In this document: piece by piece, positions 1 to 9,018 of the stretch
Position numbering within the stretch: the stretch's first letter is position 1
Layout of the letters: each line of letters opens with the position of its first letter
Origin: Deltaproteobacteria bacterium
GTDB lineage: Bacteria; Myxococcota_A; Polyangia; Polyangiales; JADJMO01
Length of the DNA: 64,000 nucleotides
NCBI GenBank assembly: GCA_022843175.1
Contig: JALHOE010000017.1
Coordinates: 3,091-67,090, forward strand
Direction: 5' to 3'
Notes under the pieces: model-generated
Databases searched by the model: none
Told to the model about the DNA's origin: nothing
The model's input: only the letters and a program-made list of their open reading frames with translations
Program-made: the position numbers and the translations under genes

Positions 1-344
1 AGCGCCTCGAGCGACGCATACGAGAGGTGGTCGAAGTGCATGTGCGAGATCACCGCGAGATCGAGGCGGGGGAACTCGGTCACGCCGGGCGCGACGATGC
101 GCTTCGAGAGCAGGCCCACCGTCGGCACGATGGCGGGGTCGGTGACGATCATCCGGTCGTCGAGCTGGAGCAGCGTCGTCGCGTGCCCGACCCACTGCAC
201 GCTGAGTCGAACGTCGGCGCGGAGCGAGGGATCGTCCGAACGCGGTGCGCGCGCGCTGCTGCGGAAGACCGAGGTCGCGCCGCGGAGCACGGTGTGCACG
301 CGGCCGCAGCCGAGCAGCGCGGCGACGAGGAGCAGCCACCTCAT
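1..344 (-). CDS. MBL-fold metallo-hydrolase lipoprotein, 5' part only (runs off the left edge)
   Basis: Absent from the ORF track because no stop lies in the window. Manual translation from ATG 344..342 gives MRWLLLVAALLGCGR (lipobox), then VQWVGHATTLLQLDDRMIVTDP and ISHMHFDHL (HxHxDH metallo-beta-lactamase motif). The ATG overlaps the upstream stop (ATGA at 341-344). Confidence 0.7.
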   Translation of the reverse strand, partial: MRWLLLVAALLGCGRVHTVLRGATSVFRSSARAPRSDDPSLRADVRLSVQWVGHATTLLQLDDRMIVTDPAIVPTVGLLSKRIVAPGVTEFPRLDLAVISHMHFDHLSYASLEA

Positions 345-892
345 AGGACACGCACCTGGAGGGTCCCGGTCCACTCGGCGCGCGCGAGCCCGGGCGAGTG
401 GGTGAGCTGGAGGCCGAGCACGCCGAACAGGGTGTAGGCCCCGAGCTCGAGCGACGGACCGACCCGTCCCCGGTCGAACCATGCCGACGTCCCGATCGAG
501 ATCGAGAGCGCCTCGCCGCGATCGACGATCGGAAAGTAGCTGCGGACGCCCGCGCGCCCCAGCCACCCGCGATCGCGCAGCCACTCCGGGGACACGTACA
601 GCTCGAACGAGCCGCTGTGGCGCATCGGCGGCTCGACGACGAACGCGCGCCACCGCCGCGGGGCGCTCCGATGGATGCCCCACGAGTGGAGGAAGGGAGT
701 CAGCTGCCAGCGCAGGCCGAAGCTCCGGCCGGTGTGCTCGGGGCTCGGGAGGGCTTGCGCCACCATCCACGGGGCCGAGGGATAGGGGTGGTGATCGCTC
801 GCCGAGGCCCCCGCCGCGAGCGTGGTGACGAGCGCGACCGCGGTTAGACTGGCGCGATGCCCTTCGACCCGAGCGCAGCCGAGGTTCGCCAC
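341..892 (-). CDS. hypothetical exported protein
   Basis: This is the 3' part of ORF 341..1279; the 5' part of that ORF is antisense to the + gene. GTG 892..890 gives a signal-like N-terminus, MANLGCARVEGHRASLTAVALVTTLAAGASA. An alternative ATG lies at 766. The sequence looks beta-strand-rich and ends GTLQVRVL. No family recognised. Confidence 0.45.
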   Translation of the reverse strand: MANLGCARVEGHRASLTAVALVTTLAAGASASDHHPYPSAPWMVAQALPSPEHTGRSFGLRWQLTPFLHSWGIHRSAPRRWRAFVVEPPMRHSGSFELYVSPEWLRDRGWLGRAGVRSYFPIVDRGEALSISIGTSAWFDRGRVGPSLELGAYTLFGVLGLQLTHSPGLARAEWTGTLQVRVL

Positions 893-925
893 CGCCGGCT
901 GTGGTCGCTTCCGGCCGCGTTCGGC

Positions 926-1942
926 ATGGAGCGCAACTCGTTGTTCATCTATCTCAACGAGTTCGTTCGCGACCGCTACGTGCTCGTGAACGGGCTCCAG
1001 CTCTTGCGCGACGAGCTGCAGATCGCCTCGCTCGGCGACCATCCCCTCGGCGTGTGTGCCACCGACCTCACGCAGCCGAGCGTGATGACGACGCTTGCGC
1101 ACACCCACTGCGGAGACCGCATCCATCAGAACGAAGCCAAGCACGTCTACGAGCAGGTCGTCGCCCATCGATTCGCGTTTCTCTCGGAGATCGGCGGCGC
1201 GAAACTCGAGTCGTTCACGCCCGCTGGCGGCGGGGTCGACGATCCGGCCACGCTCGCGCACGTCACCTCGGCCCACCAAATGGACGCACGGCTGCGCGAG
1301 CGGTTCTACTCCGCGAACGACCAGTCGTACGTGCTGGTCAACGTGGACCTACAGAGCCACGTCGGTCGCGAGGACGAGACCGACGAGATCCACTTCGGCC
1401 GCACCAGGGAGACGCCGTGGCGCGAGCCTCGCGCGGCGTGCGGCGCCATCGTCGGCGCGCTCCGCGGCTTTCACGAGAAGAACGCGGTCCACCGGCGTCT
1501 GCGCAACCAGCTGGGCAAGGACAACTACGCCTTCCTGGCCGATGAGGGGGTGAAGACCGCAGAGGGCTACGACATCACCCCGGTGGTCGCGGCGGCGATC
1601 GTCGTCGTCCGCGGTATGGAGCAGACGCTCGAGGCCTTCGCCCATGAGCTCGACGAGCGCGGGCTCGCGCACGCGACCGCCTCGTTGACGGTCAACCGAG
1701 TGTCCCTCGACGACACGGTCGTCTATCTCGCGCGCGGCACCTCGTTCGCGGGCGAGATCCGGGTCCAGGGGTTCGGCACCGACGCCACCCGCTACGGCGG
1801 GCGGATCGTCACCCACGACGGCGACCGCCGGCTCGTGCTCACCTACGACGGCGACTGCGGCGCCGTGTTTCCTCAGCGCGTCACGCCCTACGCTGTCCGT
1901 CGCGGTGAGCTGGTTCTCGGAGAAGAGGTCATCGACATCTGA
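926..1942 (+). CDS. hypothetical protein
   Basis: ORF 857..1942 has protein-like composition. I prefer ATG 926 (MERNSLFIYLNEF...) because 857 would overlap the divergent gene's signal-peptide codons. The start is uncertain (857 or 926). Confidence 0.6.
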   Translation: MERNSLFIYLNEFVRDRYVLVNGLQLLRDELQIASLGDHPLGVCATDLTQPSVMTTLAHTHCGDRIHQNEAKHVYEQVVAHRFAFLSEIGGAKLESFTPAGGGVDDPATLAHVTSAHQMDARLRERFYSANDQSYVLVNVDLQSHVGREDETDEIHFGRTRETPWREPRAACGAIVGALRGFHEKNAVHRRLRNQLGKDNYAFLADEGVKTAEGYDITPVVAAAIVVVRGMEQTLEAFAHELDERGLAHATASLTVNRVSLDDTVVYLARGTSFAGEIRVQGFGTDATRYGGRIVTHDGDRRLVLTYDGDCGAVFPQRVTPYAVRRGELVLGEEVIDI

Positions 1943-1963
1943 GGCGAGTGCTACGATTCACGG

Positions 1964-3355
1964 GTGATCTGGACCGATCCGACCCCGACCTCGGCGCTCG
2001 TCGTTCGTCGCACCAAGCTGAGCAACGCGCTCGGCGATCTCCCGGCGTTGCTCGTCGCGGGCTCGTACCGCGCGCGCAACTACCCAGCCAATCGCTATCC
2101 GTTTCGCGCCGAGTCGCACTTCCTCTACCTCACCGGCGCGCAGCTCCCCGGCGCCGCGCTCCTGCTCGACGGCTCGCGCGCCACGTTGTTCGTGGTGCCC
2201 GCGGCCTCCGACGACCCGCTGTGGCACGGCGAGTCCGAGGGGCTCGGAGAGCTCCGCAAGCGCGCCGGGGTCGACGCGGTCGCGCCGATCGAGGAGCTCC
2301 CGGCCGCGCTCGCCGGCCGCGCGGTCGCCACCATTCCGGCCAACGACGACACCACCGCCGCGTGGCAGTCGTCACTCCTCGGCCGCACGGTGCGCCCGCG
2401 AGGGGCCTCCGCGCTCGAGGGCCCGGATTCGCTCCTCGCCGACGCGCTCCTCGGCGCCCGGCTGATCCACGACGAGGCCGCCGTCGCGCAGATCCGTCGC
2501 TCGTGCGAGGCCACCACGGCGGGCCACCACGCCGGCGCGCGCGCGCTCCGGCCCGGGATCCGCGAGGCCGTCGTGCGCGCGGCGATCGAGGCCGAGTTCA
2601 TCAAGTGCGGCATGACGACGGCGTACGGGTCGATCGTCACCACGCACGGAGAGGTGCTCCACCACGAGCGCTCCGACGGTATGGTCGCCGAGGGCGATCT
2701 GCTGCTGGTCGACGCCGGCGCCGAGAACGCCGAGGGCTGGTCGAGCGACGTCACCCGCGTCTATCCGGCTTCTGGTCGCTTCAGCGCCACGCAGCGCGCG
2801 CTCTACGACGTCGTCCTCGCCGCCAACCGCGCCGCGATCGCCAAGGTGCGCCCCAACGTTCGCTATCGGGACGTGCACCTCGAGGCGGGCCGCACGATCG
2901 TTCGCGGTCTCGTCGATCTCGGCATCCTCCGCGGTGACGTCGACGGACTCGTCGAGCGCGGCGCCTACACCATCTTCTTCCCGCACGGCGTCGGGCACCT
3001 CCTCGGCCTGGACGTGCACGACATGGAGGATCTCGGCGACCGCGCCGGCTACGCGCCCGGCCGCACCCGCTCGCCGCGCTTCGGCGACCGCTATCTGCGT
3101 CTCGATCGCGATCTCGCGCCCGGCATGGCGGTCACCATCGAGCCCGGCTTCTATCAGGTCCCGGCGATCCTCCGCGACGACACGCTCGTCGGCCCCTTCG
3201 CCAAGGACCTCGATCGCGACGCGCTCGCGCGGTTCCGCGACGTGCGCGGCATCCGCCTCGAGGACGATGTCCTCTGCACCCACGGAGAGCCCGAGATCCT
3301 CACCCGGGCGATCCCGATCGACGCCGCCGCGGTCGAGGCCTGGATGCGCGCATGA
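1964..3355 (+). CDS. Xaa-Pro aminopeptidase / M24B family metallopeptidase
   Basis: 463-aa ORF with M24 pita-bread motifs: DAGAENAEGWSSDVTR, HGVGHLLGLDVHD, EPGFY, LEDDVLCT. Confidence 0.85.
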   Translation: MIWTDPTPTSALVVRRTKLSNALGDLPALLVAGSYRARNYPANRYPFRAESHFLYLTGAQLPGAALLLDGSRATLFVVPAASDDPLWHGESEGLGELRKRAGVDAVAPIEELPAALAGRAVATIPANDDTTAAWQSSLLGRTVRPRGASALEGPDSLLADALLGARLIHDEAAVAQIRRSCEATTAGHHAGARALRPGIREAVVRAAIEAEFIKCGMTTAYGSIVTTHGEVLHHERSDGMVAEGDLLLVDAGAENAEGWSSDVTRVYPASGRFSATQRALYDVVLAANRAAIAKVRPNVRYRDVHLEAGRTIVRGLVDLGILRGDVDGLVERGAYTIFFPHGVGHLLGLDVHDMEDLGDRAGYAPGRTRSPRFGDRYLRLDRDLAPGMAVTIEPGFYQVPAILRDDTLVGPFAKDLDRDALARFRDVRGIRLEDDVLCTHGEPEILTRAIPIDAAAVEAWMRA

Positions 3356-4170
3356 CGCGCCTGGCGCTCGTCGTCGGCTTGCTCGGCTGCGCGTACCCCG
3401 AGTTCGCGTTCACGCCGCCGAATGTCGACGCCAACCCGAGCGCGATCGATACCTCCGTCGCCGTCGACACCACCGTCGAGGACACCAGCGCGGTCGACAC
3501 CGAGCTGCCGGATACCTCCGCGGTCGAGACGGCGCCGATCGACACCGGCGCGCCCGCGGATACGAGCGCCGTCGACTCCGCGCCGGTCGACACCGCGCCG
3601 ATCGACGCCGCGCCCGTCTACGTCACGCTGCTCGCGCGCGGTGGCACGTGGCGATTCCTCGACGGCGGGCGCTCTCCAACCTCCACGAGCTGGCGCGGCG
3701 GCGGCGGCTACGACGACGGCGCGTGGAAGAGCGGCGCCGCGCAGCTCGGCTTCGGCGACGGCGACGAGAAGACGATCGTCGACGGCTCCTTCACGACCGA
3801 CGCCGGCCCGGACGCCGACGCGCCGATCGTCACCCCGTACCCAGCCATCTACTTCCGCCGCTTCATCACCGTGACCGGCGCCGCGGACTTCGACCAGCTC
3901 ACGTTCCGGCTGCTCCGCGACGACGGGGCCGTCGTGTACCTCAACGGCGTCGAGGTCGTGCGGAGCAACATGCCGAGCGGCACCATCGCGCACACGACGT
4001 TCGCCTCGAGCACGATCGCCAGCGCCGACGAGGACACGTTCCACACCTTCTACGTCCCCGCGGCGACGCTGAAGGAGGGCTCGAACATCCTCGCCGTCGA
4101 GGTCCACCAGTCGAACTCGTCGTCGTCGGATCTCAGCTTCGACCTCGAGCTGGTGGGAAGAAAACCTTAG
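3352..4170 (+). CDS. lipoprotein with acidic DT-repeat linker and C-terminal beta-sandwich-like domain
   Basis: The ATG overlaps the pepP-like stop (ATGA). Lipobox LLGCAYP, then repeats such as DTSAVDT and DTAPID. C-terminal domain: GTWRFLD...YFRRFITV...VVYLNGVEVVRSN...LAVEVHQS. The stop TAG lies in the end of a REP-like element. Confidence 0.7.
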   Translation: MTRLALVVGLLGCAYPEFAFTPPNVDANPSAIDTSVAVDTTVEDTSAVDTELPDTSAVETAPIDTGAPADTSAVDSAPVDTAPIDAAPVYVTLLARGGTWRFLDGGRSPTSTSWRGGGGYDDGAWKSGAAQLGFGDGDEKTIVDGSFTTDAGPDADAPIVTPYPAIYFRRFITVTGAADFDQLTFRLLRDDGAVVYLNGVEVVRSNMPSGTIAHTTFASSTIASADEDTFHTFYVPAATLKEGSNILAVEVHQSNSSSSDLSFDLELVGRKP

Positions 4171-4365
4171 GCGCGCGCGTCAGCGAGCGCCTGAGCTTCA
4201 CTTCACGACGATCCGTCCTGTCTCACCTCAGGCGCTCCCTGACGCGCGCGCCCAAAGAAACCTCAGGCGCTCGCGGACGCGCGCGCCCAAAGAAACCTCA
4301 GGCGCTCGCTGATGCGCGCGCCCAAAGAAACCTCAGGCGCTCGCTGACGCGCGCGCCTATTTCTT
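4169..4365. repeat. REP-like family 1: one inverted copy plus four head-to-tail 35-bp units
   Basis: The unit cctcaggcgctcgctgacgcgcgcgcccaaagaaa occurs at 4226, 4261, 4296 and 4331 with an exact 35-bp period and no spacers. An inverted copy, aggcgcgcgcgtcagcgagcgcctgag, lies at 4169-4195. It sits between convergent gene ends. Confidence 0.9.
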
Positions 4366-5433
4366 CGTTTCGACCTTTACGGTGCCGGTCGCGCTGCCGC
4401 TGCTGCCGCTGCTGCCGCTCTTGCCGTCCTTCGGGTCCACCGGGTGCGCGAGGTCGAAGGGCGGGGGGGTGTTGGGATCGCAGTTCGGGCCGAAGCCGTC
4501 GGCCTTGAACTTGTACTTGAGCGAGCCGCTGCCCTTGTCGGTCTTGGCCTCGATCTCGACCTCGTGCTCGCCGGCGCGCGACGGCGTGCAATACGAGAGC
4601 AGGTAGTACCGCTGGGTCATGCCCTCGATCTTGGTGGCGATCTTGTCGAACGCCTGATCGGTCTTCGCCGGGTCGGACTCGTAGACCGTGCCGCTCTTGC
4701 CGATCTCGTCGAGCTTGCTGCCCTTCATCTCCTGCTCGGGGCCGACGCCGATCGCGTAGATGTCGAAGTCCTTGTGCTTGTCGTCGACCATCGCCTTCTT
4801 CATGTCGTCCCGCGAGACGCGGTTGGCGCGGTCGGAGCCGTCGGTGAACACGACGAGCGTGCCGAATTTGAGGGGCTTCGACTCGGCGTCGAGCGCTTTG
4901 CGGAGCGTCTTCAGACCCTCGACGACGGCGCCGTGGAGGTTGGTCGACGGATCCTTCGGCTTGAACGTGGCGAGCTTCTCGATGCCCGCCTGCGCCGCGC
5001 CGCCCGACTCGGTGAACGGGACGACGCCGGTCAGCTCGGTCGAGCCGTCGAACGCGGCGACCCCGACCTTGTGATACTTGCCGACCTTGGCCGTGAACTT
5101 CGCCGCCGCGTCGATGACCTTCGGTGCGCTCTTGGACTCGACGATCGAGCCGGACATGTCGACGAGCAGGAGGGTGTAGTGCGCGGCGGCGACCGTCGGG
5201 TTGAGGATGGTTTGCTTGCTCTCGAACTCGCTGACCTTCTGGCCGTCCTCGTAGATGATGAACTTGTCGGCGGTCAGCCCCGGCACGGGCTCGCCGCCGC
5301 TGGTGTCGACCGCGAAGTAGACGGCGACGTTGCTCGGCTTGGCCGCGCTTTGATTGACCAACTTCAATTTCAGACCGCCGCCGCAGGCGACCGACAGGGC
5401 GACGAAACCGAGGAGGAGGGATCGGGAAAGCAT
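4357..5433 (-). CDS. VWA domain-containing lipoprotein
   Basis: Lipobox LSVACGG. MIDAS-type DMSGS within LLLVDMSGSI. Also LVVFTDGSDR, typical of the von Willebrand A fold. Gly/Ser-rich C-terminal tail. Confidence 0.85.
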   Translation of the reverse strand: MLSRSLLLGFVALSVACGGGLKLKLVNQSAAKPSNVAVYFAVDTSGGEPVPGLTADKFIIYEDGQKVSEFESKQTILNPTVAAAHYTLLLVDMSGSIVESKSAPKVIDAAAKFTAKVGKYHKVGVAAFDGSTELTGVVPFTESGGAAQAGIEKLATFKPKDPSTNLHGAVVEGLKTLRKALDAESKPLKFGTLVVFTDGSDRANRVSRDDMKKAMVDDKHKDFDIYAIGVGPEQEMKGSKLDEIGKSGTVYESDPAKTDQAFDKIATKIEGMTQRYYLLSYCTPSRAGEHEVEIEAKTDKGSGSLKYKFKADGFGPNCDPNTPPPFDLAHPVDPKDGKSGSSGSSGSATGTVKVETKK

Positions 5434-5506
5434 CGGGCCGGATGCTAGCCCGGCGAGGTGCTGCTTTGCGACCGCACGAAAACACGGCTAGGCCCCTGAA
5501 CCCCCT

Positions 5507-8044
5507 GTGAGCAGCCCCGAGGAAACCCCGCCCCGTCCGGAAGCCGAAGAGCTCCCCGCCACCGTCCGCGACGAGGAAAAGGTGCTGGATCGGGTCCTCA
5601 CCTCGCTCCGGGCGAGGATTCGCAAGCACGAGAAGCGGGACTACGACACCGAGCTCATCGCTCTCCGGGACCAGCTCGCCGAAGCTCGCCTCGAGGACGC
5701 GCCGCCGCTCATCGCCCAAATGGAGCGGCTGCAGGCCGTCGCCGCCCGCCGCCAAGAGGTGCCGGACGTCACCATCGACGCGCGCTCGCCGTACTTCGCG
5801 CACCTCCGCCTGCGCGAGGAGGGCCGAATCCGCGACGTGTGCCTCGGGCGCGGCACCTACCTCGACTCGGAGCACGGCGTCCGCGTCGTCGACTGGCGCA
5901 ACGCGCCGGTCAGCCGCATTTACTACCGCTACCAAGAGGGCGAGTCCTACGAGGAGTCCTTCGGCGACAAGGACGTCGACGGCGAGGTGCTCGTGCGGCG
6001 CGACGTCACGATCGTCGAGTCGAAGCTCATGCGCATCGGCGCATCCGAGGCCACCTACGTCCGCGGCAAGACCGGTTGGCGCGCGATGCAGAAGCGCGCG
6101 ACGATGCTCGCCGGCGGGCAGGGCACGGCGGTGTTGCCCACCCAACAGCGCGGCTCGCTCGGCGCGGGCATGGGCGAGGACGGCCTCGGCCGTCGCGATC
6201 GCTTCCTCCCCGAGATCGCGGCGCTCCTCGATCCCAAGCAGTTCGAGGCGATCTCGCGGCCGGCGGCCGGCGTGGTCGTCATCCAGGGCGGCGCCGGCAG
6301 CGGCAAGACGACGATCGGTCTGCACCGCATCGCCTACCTCGCGTACCACGCGCCCAAGCGCTTCACGCCCGACCGGGTGATCGTCATCGTCCCGAGCAAG
6401 GCGCTCGCGAGCTACACGTCGCGCGTGCTCCCCGCGCTCGACGTGCCGGACGTGCCGGTGATCACGCTGCACGACTGGCAGCGCGAGACGCGCCTGCGTG
6501 CGCTGCCGTCGCTGCCCGCGCGGGTGACCGACGAGACGCCGCCCTCGGTCATCAAGCTGAAGAAGCACCCCGGCCTGCTGCAGGCGCTCGAGCGCAAGGT
6601 CGACGAGCTCGCGAAGTCGATCGACGAGGAGCTGCGCGAGGCGTGCGCCCGTGCGCCGGCCGACGTATCGCAGCCGATCCTCGAGGCGTGGAAGATCCTG
6701 GCGCCGAGCGCGCTCGCTCCGCGCGTGTCCGGCGTCCGCAAGTGGCTCGCGGGCACCCTGCCGCTGCCGGTCGCGGCGCCGAAGCCCTCCGGCCCGCGGG
6801 TGCTCGTCGACCACGCGCTCGTGCGCCTCGGTCGGCGGGCCAAGGACGTGCTCTCGGTCTGGGCCGATCTCCTCACCGACAAGACGCTCCTCCAGAACCT
6901 GCCGCCCTCGCCCGCCGGCGTCGCGCCGCTCACGCGCGCCGAGATCGAAGAGGCCCACCGGTGGTGCTCGCGACGGTGCGAGGCGGTGCTCCACGCCGTC
7001 GGCGCGCCCCCCGAGCCGAAGCGAGACGAAGCGACGGGCGAGCCGACCGACGAGGCGGCCGCGGCCGACGAGGCCGAAGAGGTGATGCCGCGTCGCCCGT
7101 CGCGCGCGCCCGACGACGAGAGCCGTCCCGCCTACCGCGACCACGACCACGACGACGACGCCGAGGAGGACTACGCGCGGCGAAACCTGGGCATCGACGA
7201 CAAGCCGGTCGACGAGGAAGAAGAGCTCGGCCCGTCGCTCGACACCGAGGACGACGCCCTGTTCCTCCGTCTCCATCAACGCCTCCGCGGCCCGCTGCGC
7301 GGTCGCGGCAAATCGCTCCTGCAGTACGAGCACGCGTTCGTCGACGAGGTGCAGGACTGCGCCTCCATCGATCTCAAGGTCCTCGTGGAGTGCGTTCACG
7401 AGGTCGCGGGCGAGCGGTCGATGACGCTCGCGGGAGACGTCGCGCAGCGCCTGACGCTCGATGTCGGCCTCGGCGAGTTCGCGCCGGCGCTCGAGGCGCT
7501 CGGCCTCCCCCATGTCGAGGTCGAGCCGCTGCAGATCGGCTACCGCTCCACGCGCCAGGTCCTCGATCTCGCGCGCGAGGTGCTCGGTCCGATCGCGCCC
7601 GCGGTCCCGCCGATCGCCACGCGCGACGGCGCGCCGATCGAGCGCCACCGCTTCCACGACCAGGGCACCGCCGCGGCGTTCCTCGCGTCGGCGCTCCGCG
7701 ATCTGTTCGCGCGCGAGACGATGGCGAGCGTCGCTTGCATCGCGCGGTTCCCCTGGCAGGCCGATGTCTACTGCGACGTCCTCCAGCAGAGCGAGATCCC
7801 CCATCTGCGGCGCGTGCGCGCGCAGGACTTCCCCTTCAAGGCCGGCATCGACGTGACCGACGTGAAGCAGGTGAAGGGGCTCGAGTGGGACTATGTGATC
7901 CTGCTCGACGTGAACACCCAGAGCTACCCGGCCGAGGACGAGTCGCGGCACCTGCTGCACATCGCGGCCACCCGCGCGGCCCATCAGCTGTGGCTCCTCT
8001 CCACCGGCGAGCCGTCCCCGATCGTGAGCGGGTGGGACGAGTAA
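5507..8044 (+). CDS. helD: UvrD-like ATPase/helicase of the HelD (helicase IV) type
   Basis: GTG start. The N-terminal region (SPYFAHLRL...VVDWRNAPVSRIYY) is typical of HelD. Walker A is GGAGSGKTT. The C-terminus has KGLEWDYVILLDV. A large acidic insert (HDHDDDAEEDY) is present. Confidence 0.8.
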   Translation: MSSPEETPPRPEAEELPATVRDEEKVLDRVLTSLRARIRKHEKRDYDTELIALRDQLAEARLEDAPPLIAQMERLQAVAARRQEVPDVTIDARSPYFAHLRLREEGRIRDVCLGRGTYLDSEHGVRVVDWRNAPVSRIYYRYQEGESYEESFGDKDVDGEVLVRRDVTIVESKLMRIGASEATYVRGKTGWRAMQKRATMLAGGQGTAVLPTQQRGSLGAGMGEDGLGRRDRFLPEIAALLDPKQFEAISRPAAGVVVIQGGAGSGKTTIGLHRIAYLAYHAPKRFTPDRVIVIVPSKALASYTSRVLPALDVPDVPVITLHDWQRETRLRALPSLPARVTDETPPSVIKLKKHPGLLQALERKVDELAKSIDEELREACARAPADVSQPILEAWKILAPSALAPRVSGVRKWLAGTLPLPVAAPKPSGPRVLVDHALVRLGRRAKDVLSVWADLLTDKTLLQNLPPSPAGVAPLTRAEIEEAHRWCSRRCEAVLHAVGAPPEPKRDEATGEPTDEAAAADEAEEVMPRRPSRAPDDESRPAYRDHDHDDDAEEDYARRNLGIDDKPVDEEEELGPSLDTEDDALFLRLHQRLRGPLRGRGKSLLQYEHAFVDEVQDCASIDLKVLVECVHEVAGERSMTLAGDVAQRLTLDVGLGEFAPALEALGLPHVEVEPLQIGYRSTRQVLDLAREVLGPIAPAVPPIATRDGAPIERHRFHDQGTAAAFLASALRDLFARETMASVACIARFPWQADVYCDVLQQSEIPHLRRVRAQDFPFKAGIDVTDVKQVKGLEWDYVILLDVNTQSYPAEDESRHLLHIAATRAAHQLWLLSTGEPSPIVSGWDE

Positions 8045-8117
8045 CACCCCCGCTGAATTTTTCGTCGATCGCCGTTCTGATCGTGCACGAAGCTCGGGGC
8101 GTGCGACGCTACGGCCC

Positions 8118-8831
8118 ATGAACTACCGCTCGCTTGCGGCCGTGATCGCTGCGGTCGCTGCTTGTGCTTCTTTGGAAGTGGGTTGCTCGAGCGCCGACGG
8201 CGGCATCGACGGACCGGTGGTCGACGACGACGCTGCGACGACGACCGAGGACAGCGGCGCCACGGTCGACGACGACGCTGGCGGCGCCGACTCGACGACG
8301 CCCGCGGCCGACACCGGCGCGCCCAAAGCCGACACCGGCACGCCGAAGGCCGACACCGCCGCGCCGCCGACGGACACCGGCACGAGCGGCGACTGGCCCG
8401 CGGCGAACGCGGCGCTCGAAGAGGGCATCCTCGCCGAGACCAACAAGCGGCGGGCCGCCGGCGCGAACTGCAACACCAAGGGCACGTTCGGCCCGGCCGG
8501 TCCGCTCGTGATGCACCCGCTCCTGCAGCTCGCCGCCCGCAAGCACAGCAAGGACATGGCGACGCAGAATTACTTCTCGCACACCAACCTGGCGGGGAAG
8601 TCGCCGTTCGATCGCATGAAGGCCGAGGGCTACAAGGGCGGCACGATGGGCGAGAACATCGCTGCCGGCAACGCCACCGTCGCCGCCACGATGGACCAGT
8701 GGATGAAGAGCGACGGCCACTGCGCCAACATCATGAACAAGAGCTACACCCAGCTCGGCGTCGGCTACTGGAACAACCCGTCGTCCACGTATCGCCACTA
8801 CTGGACGCAGAACTTCGGCGCCGGCGGCTGA
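8118..8831 (+). CDS. CAP (SCP/PR-1-like) domain-containing lipoprotein
   Basis: Lipobox/signal AAVAACAS...GCSS followed by an acidic linker. CAP motifs: ARKHSKDMATQNYFSHTN, GENIAAG, SDGHCANIM, HYWTQNFG. Confidence 0.85.
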   Translation: MNYRSLAAVIAAVAACASLEVGCSSADGGIDGPVVDDDAATTTEDSGATVDDDAGGADSTTPAADTGAPKADTGTPKADTAAPPTDTGTSGDWPAANAALEEGILAETNKRRAAGANCNTKGTFGPAGPLVMHPLLQLAARKHSKDMATQNYFSHTNLAGKSPFDRMKAEGYKGGTMGENIAAGNATVAATMDQWMKSDGHCANIMNKSYTQLGVGYWNNPSSTYRHYWTQNFGAGG

Positions 8832-8842
8832 GCAACGGTAAC

Positions 8843-9006
8843 GACGGGGCCGCGCGCGTGAGCGCGCGGTTGCTCCCGGGCGACGCGTGTGGAGCCGCGA
8901 CCGTCAGGGAGCGGGTTGTTGCGCCCTCGACAACCCGCTCGCTCACGCTCGCGGCTCCCGGCCCACGCGTGATGCGCAACCGCGGGCTCACGCCCGCGGC
9001 CCCGCC
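8843..9006. repeat. REP-like family 2: ~160-bp nested palindrome with 28-bp terminal inverted arms
   Basis: Arms ggggccgcgcgcgtgagcgcgcggttgc (8846-8873) and gcaaccgcgggctcacgcccgcggcccc (8976-9003). Inner perfect 11-bp stem 8909-8919 / 8930-8940, plus further nested inverted repeats (8891-8900 / 8949-8958). It lies between convergent gene ends. Confidence 0.85.
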
Positions 9007-9018
9007 GCGCTGGTTGGT

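Noticed and set aside
4226-4365. Regularly spaced 35-bp repeats that could be mistaken for a CRISPR array.
   Set aside because: The units are directly abutting with no spacers. There are only four copies, no cas genes are nearby, and related solo or inverted copies occur at other gene 3' ends. The pattern is REP/MITE-like rather than CRISPR.
4298-8119. 1273-aa minus-strand ORF, the longest in the window. Similar giants occur at 41848..44862 (+), 51757..54654 (-), 26242..28320 (+), 38028..39980 (-), 49058..51337 (+), 60511..62640 (-) and 2934..4508 (+).
   Set aside because: Composition is Arg/Gly/Pro/Ala/Asp-dominated low complexity with no recognisable motifs. Each lies antisense or out of frame to a gene with clear family signatures (HelD, ClpA, VgrG, kinase and others). 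These are typical shadow ORFs of high-GC DNA, where stop codons are rare in non-coding frames.
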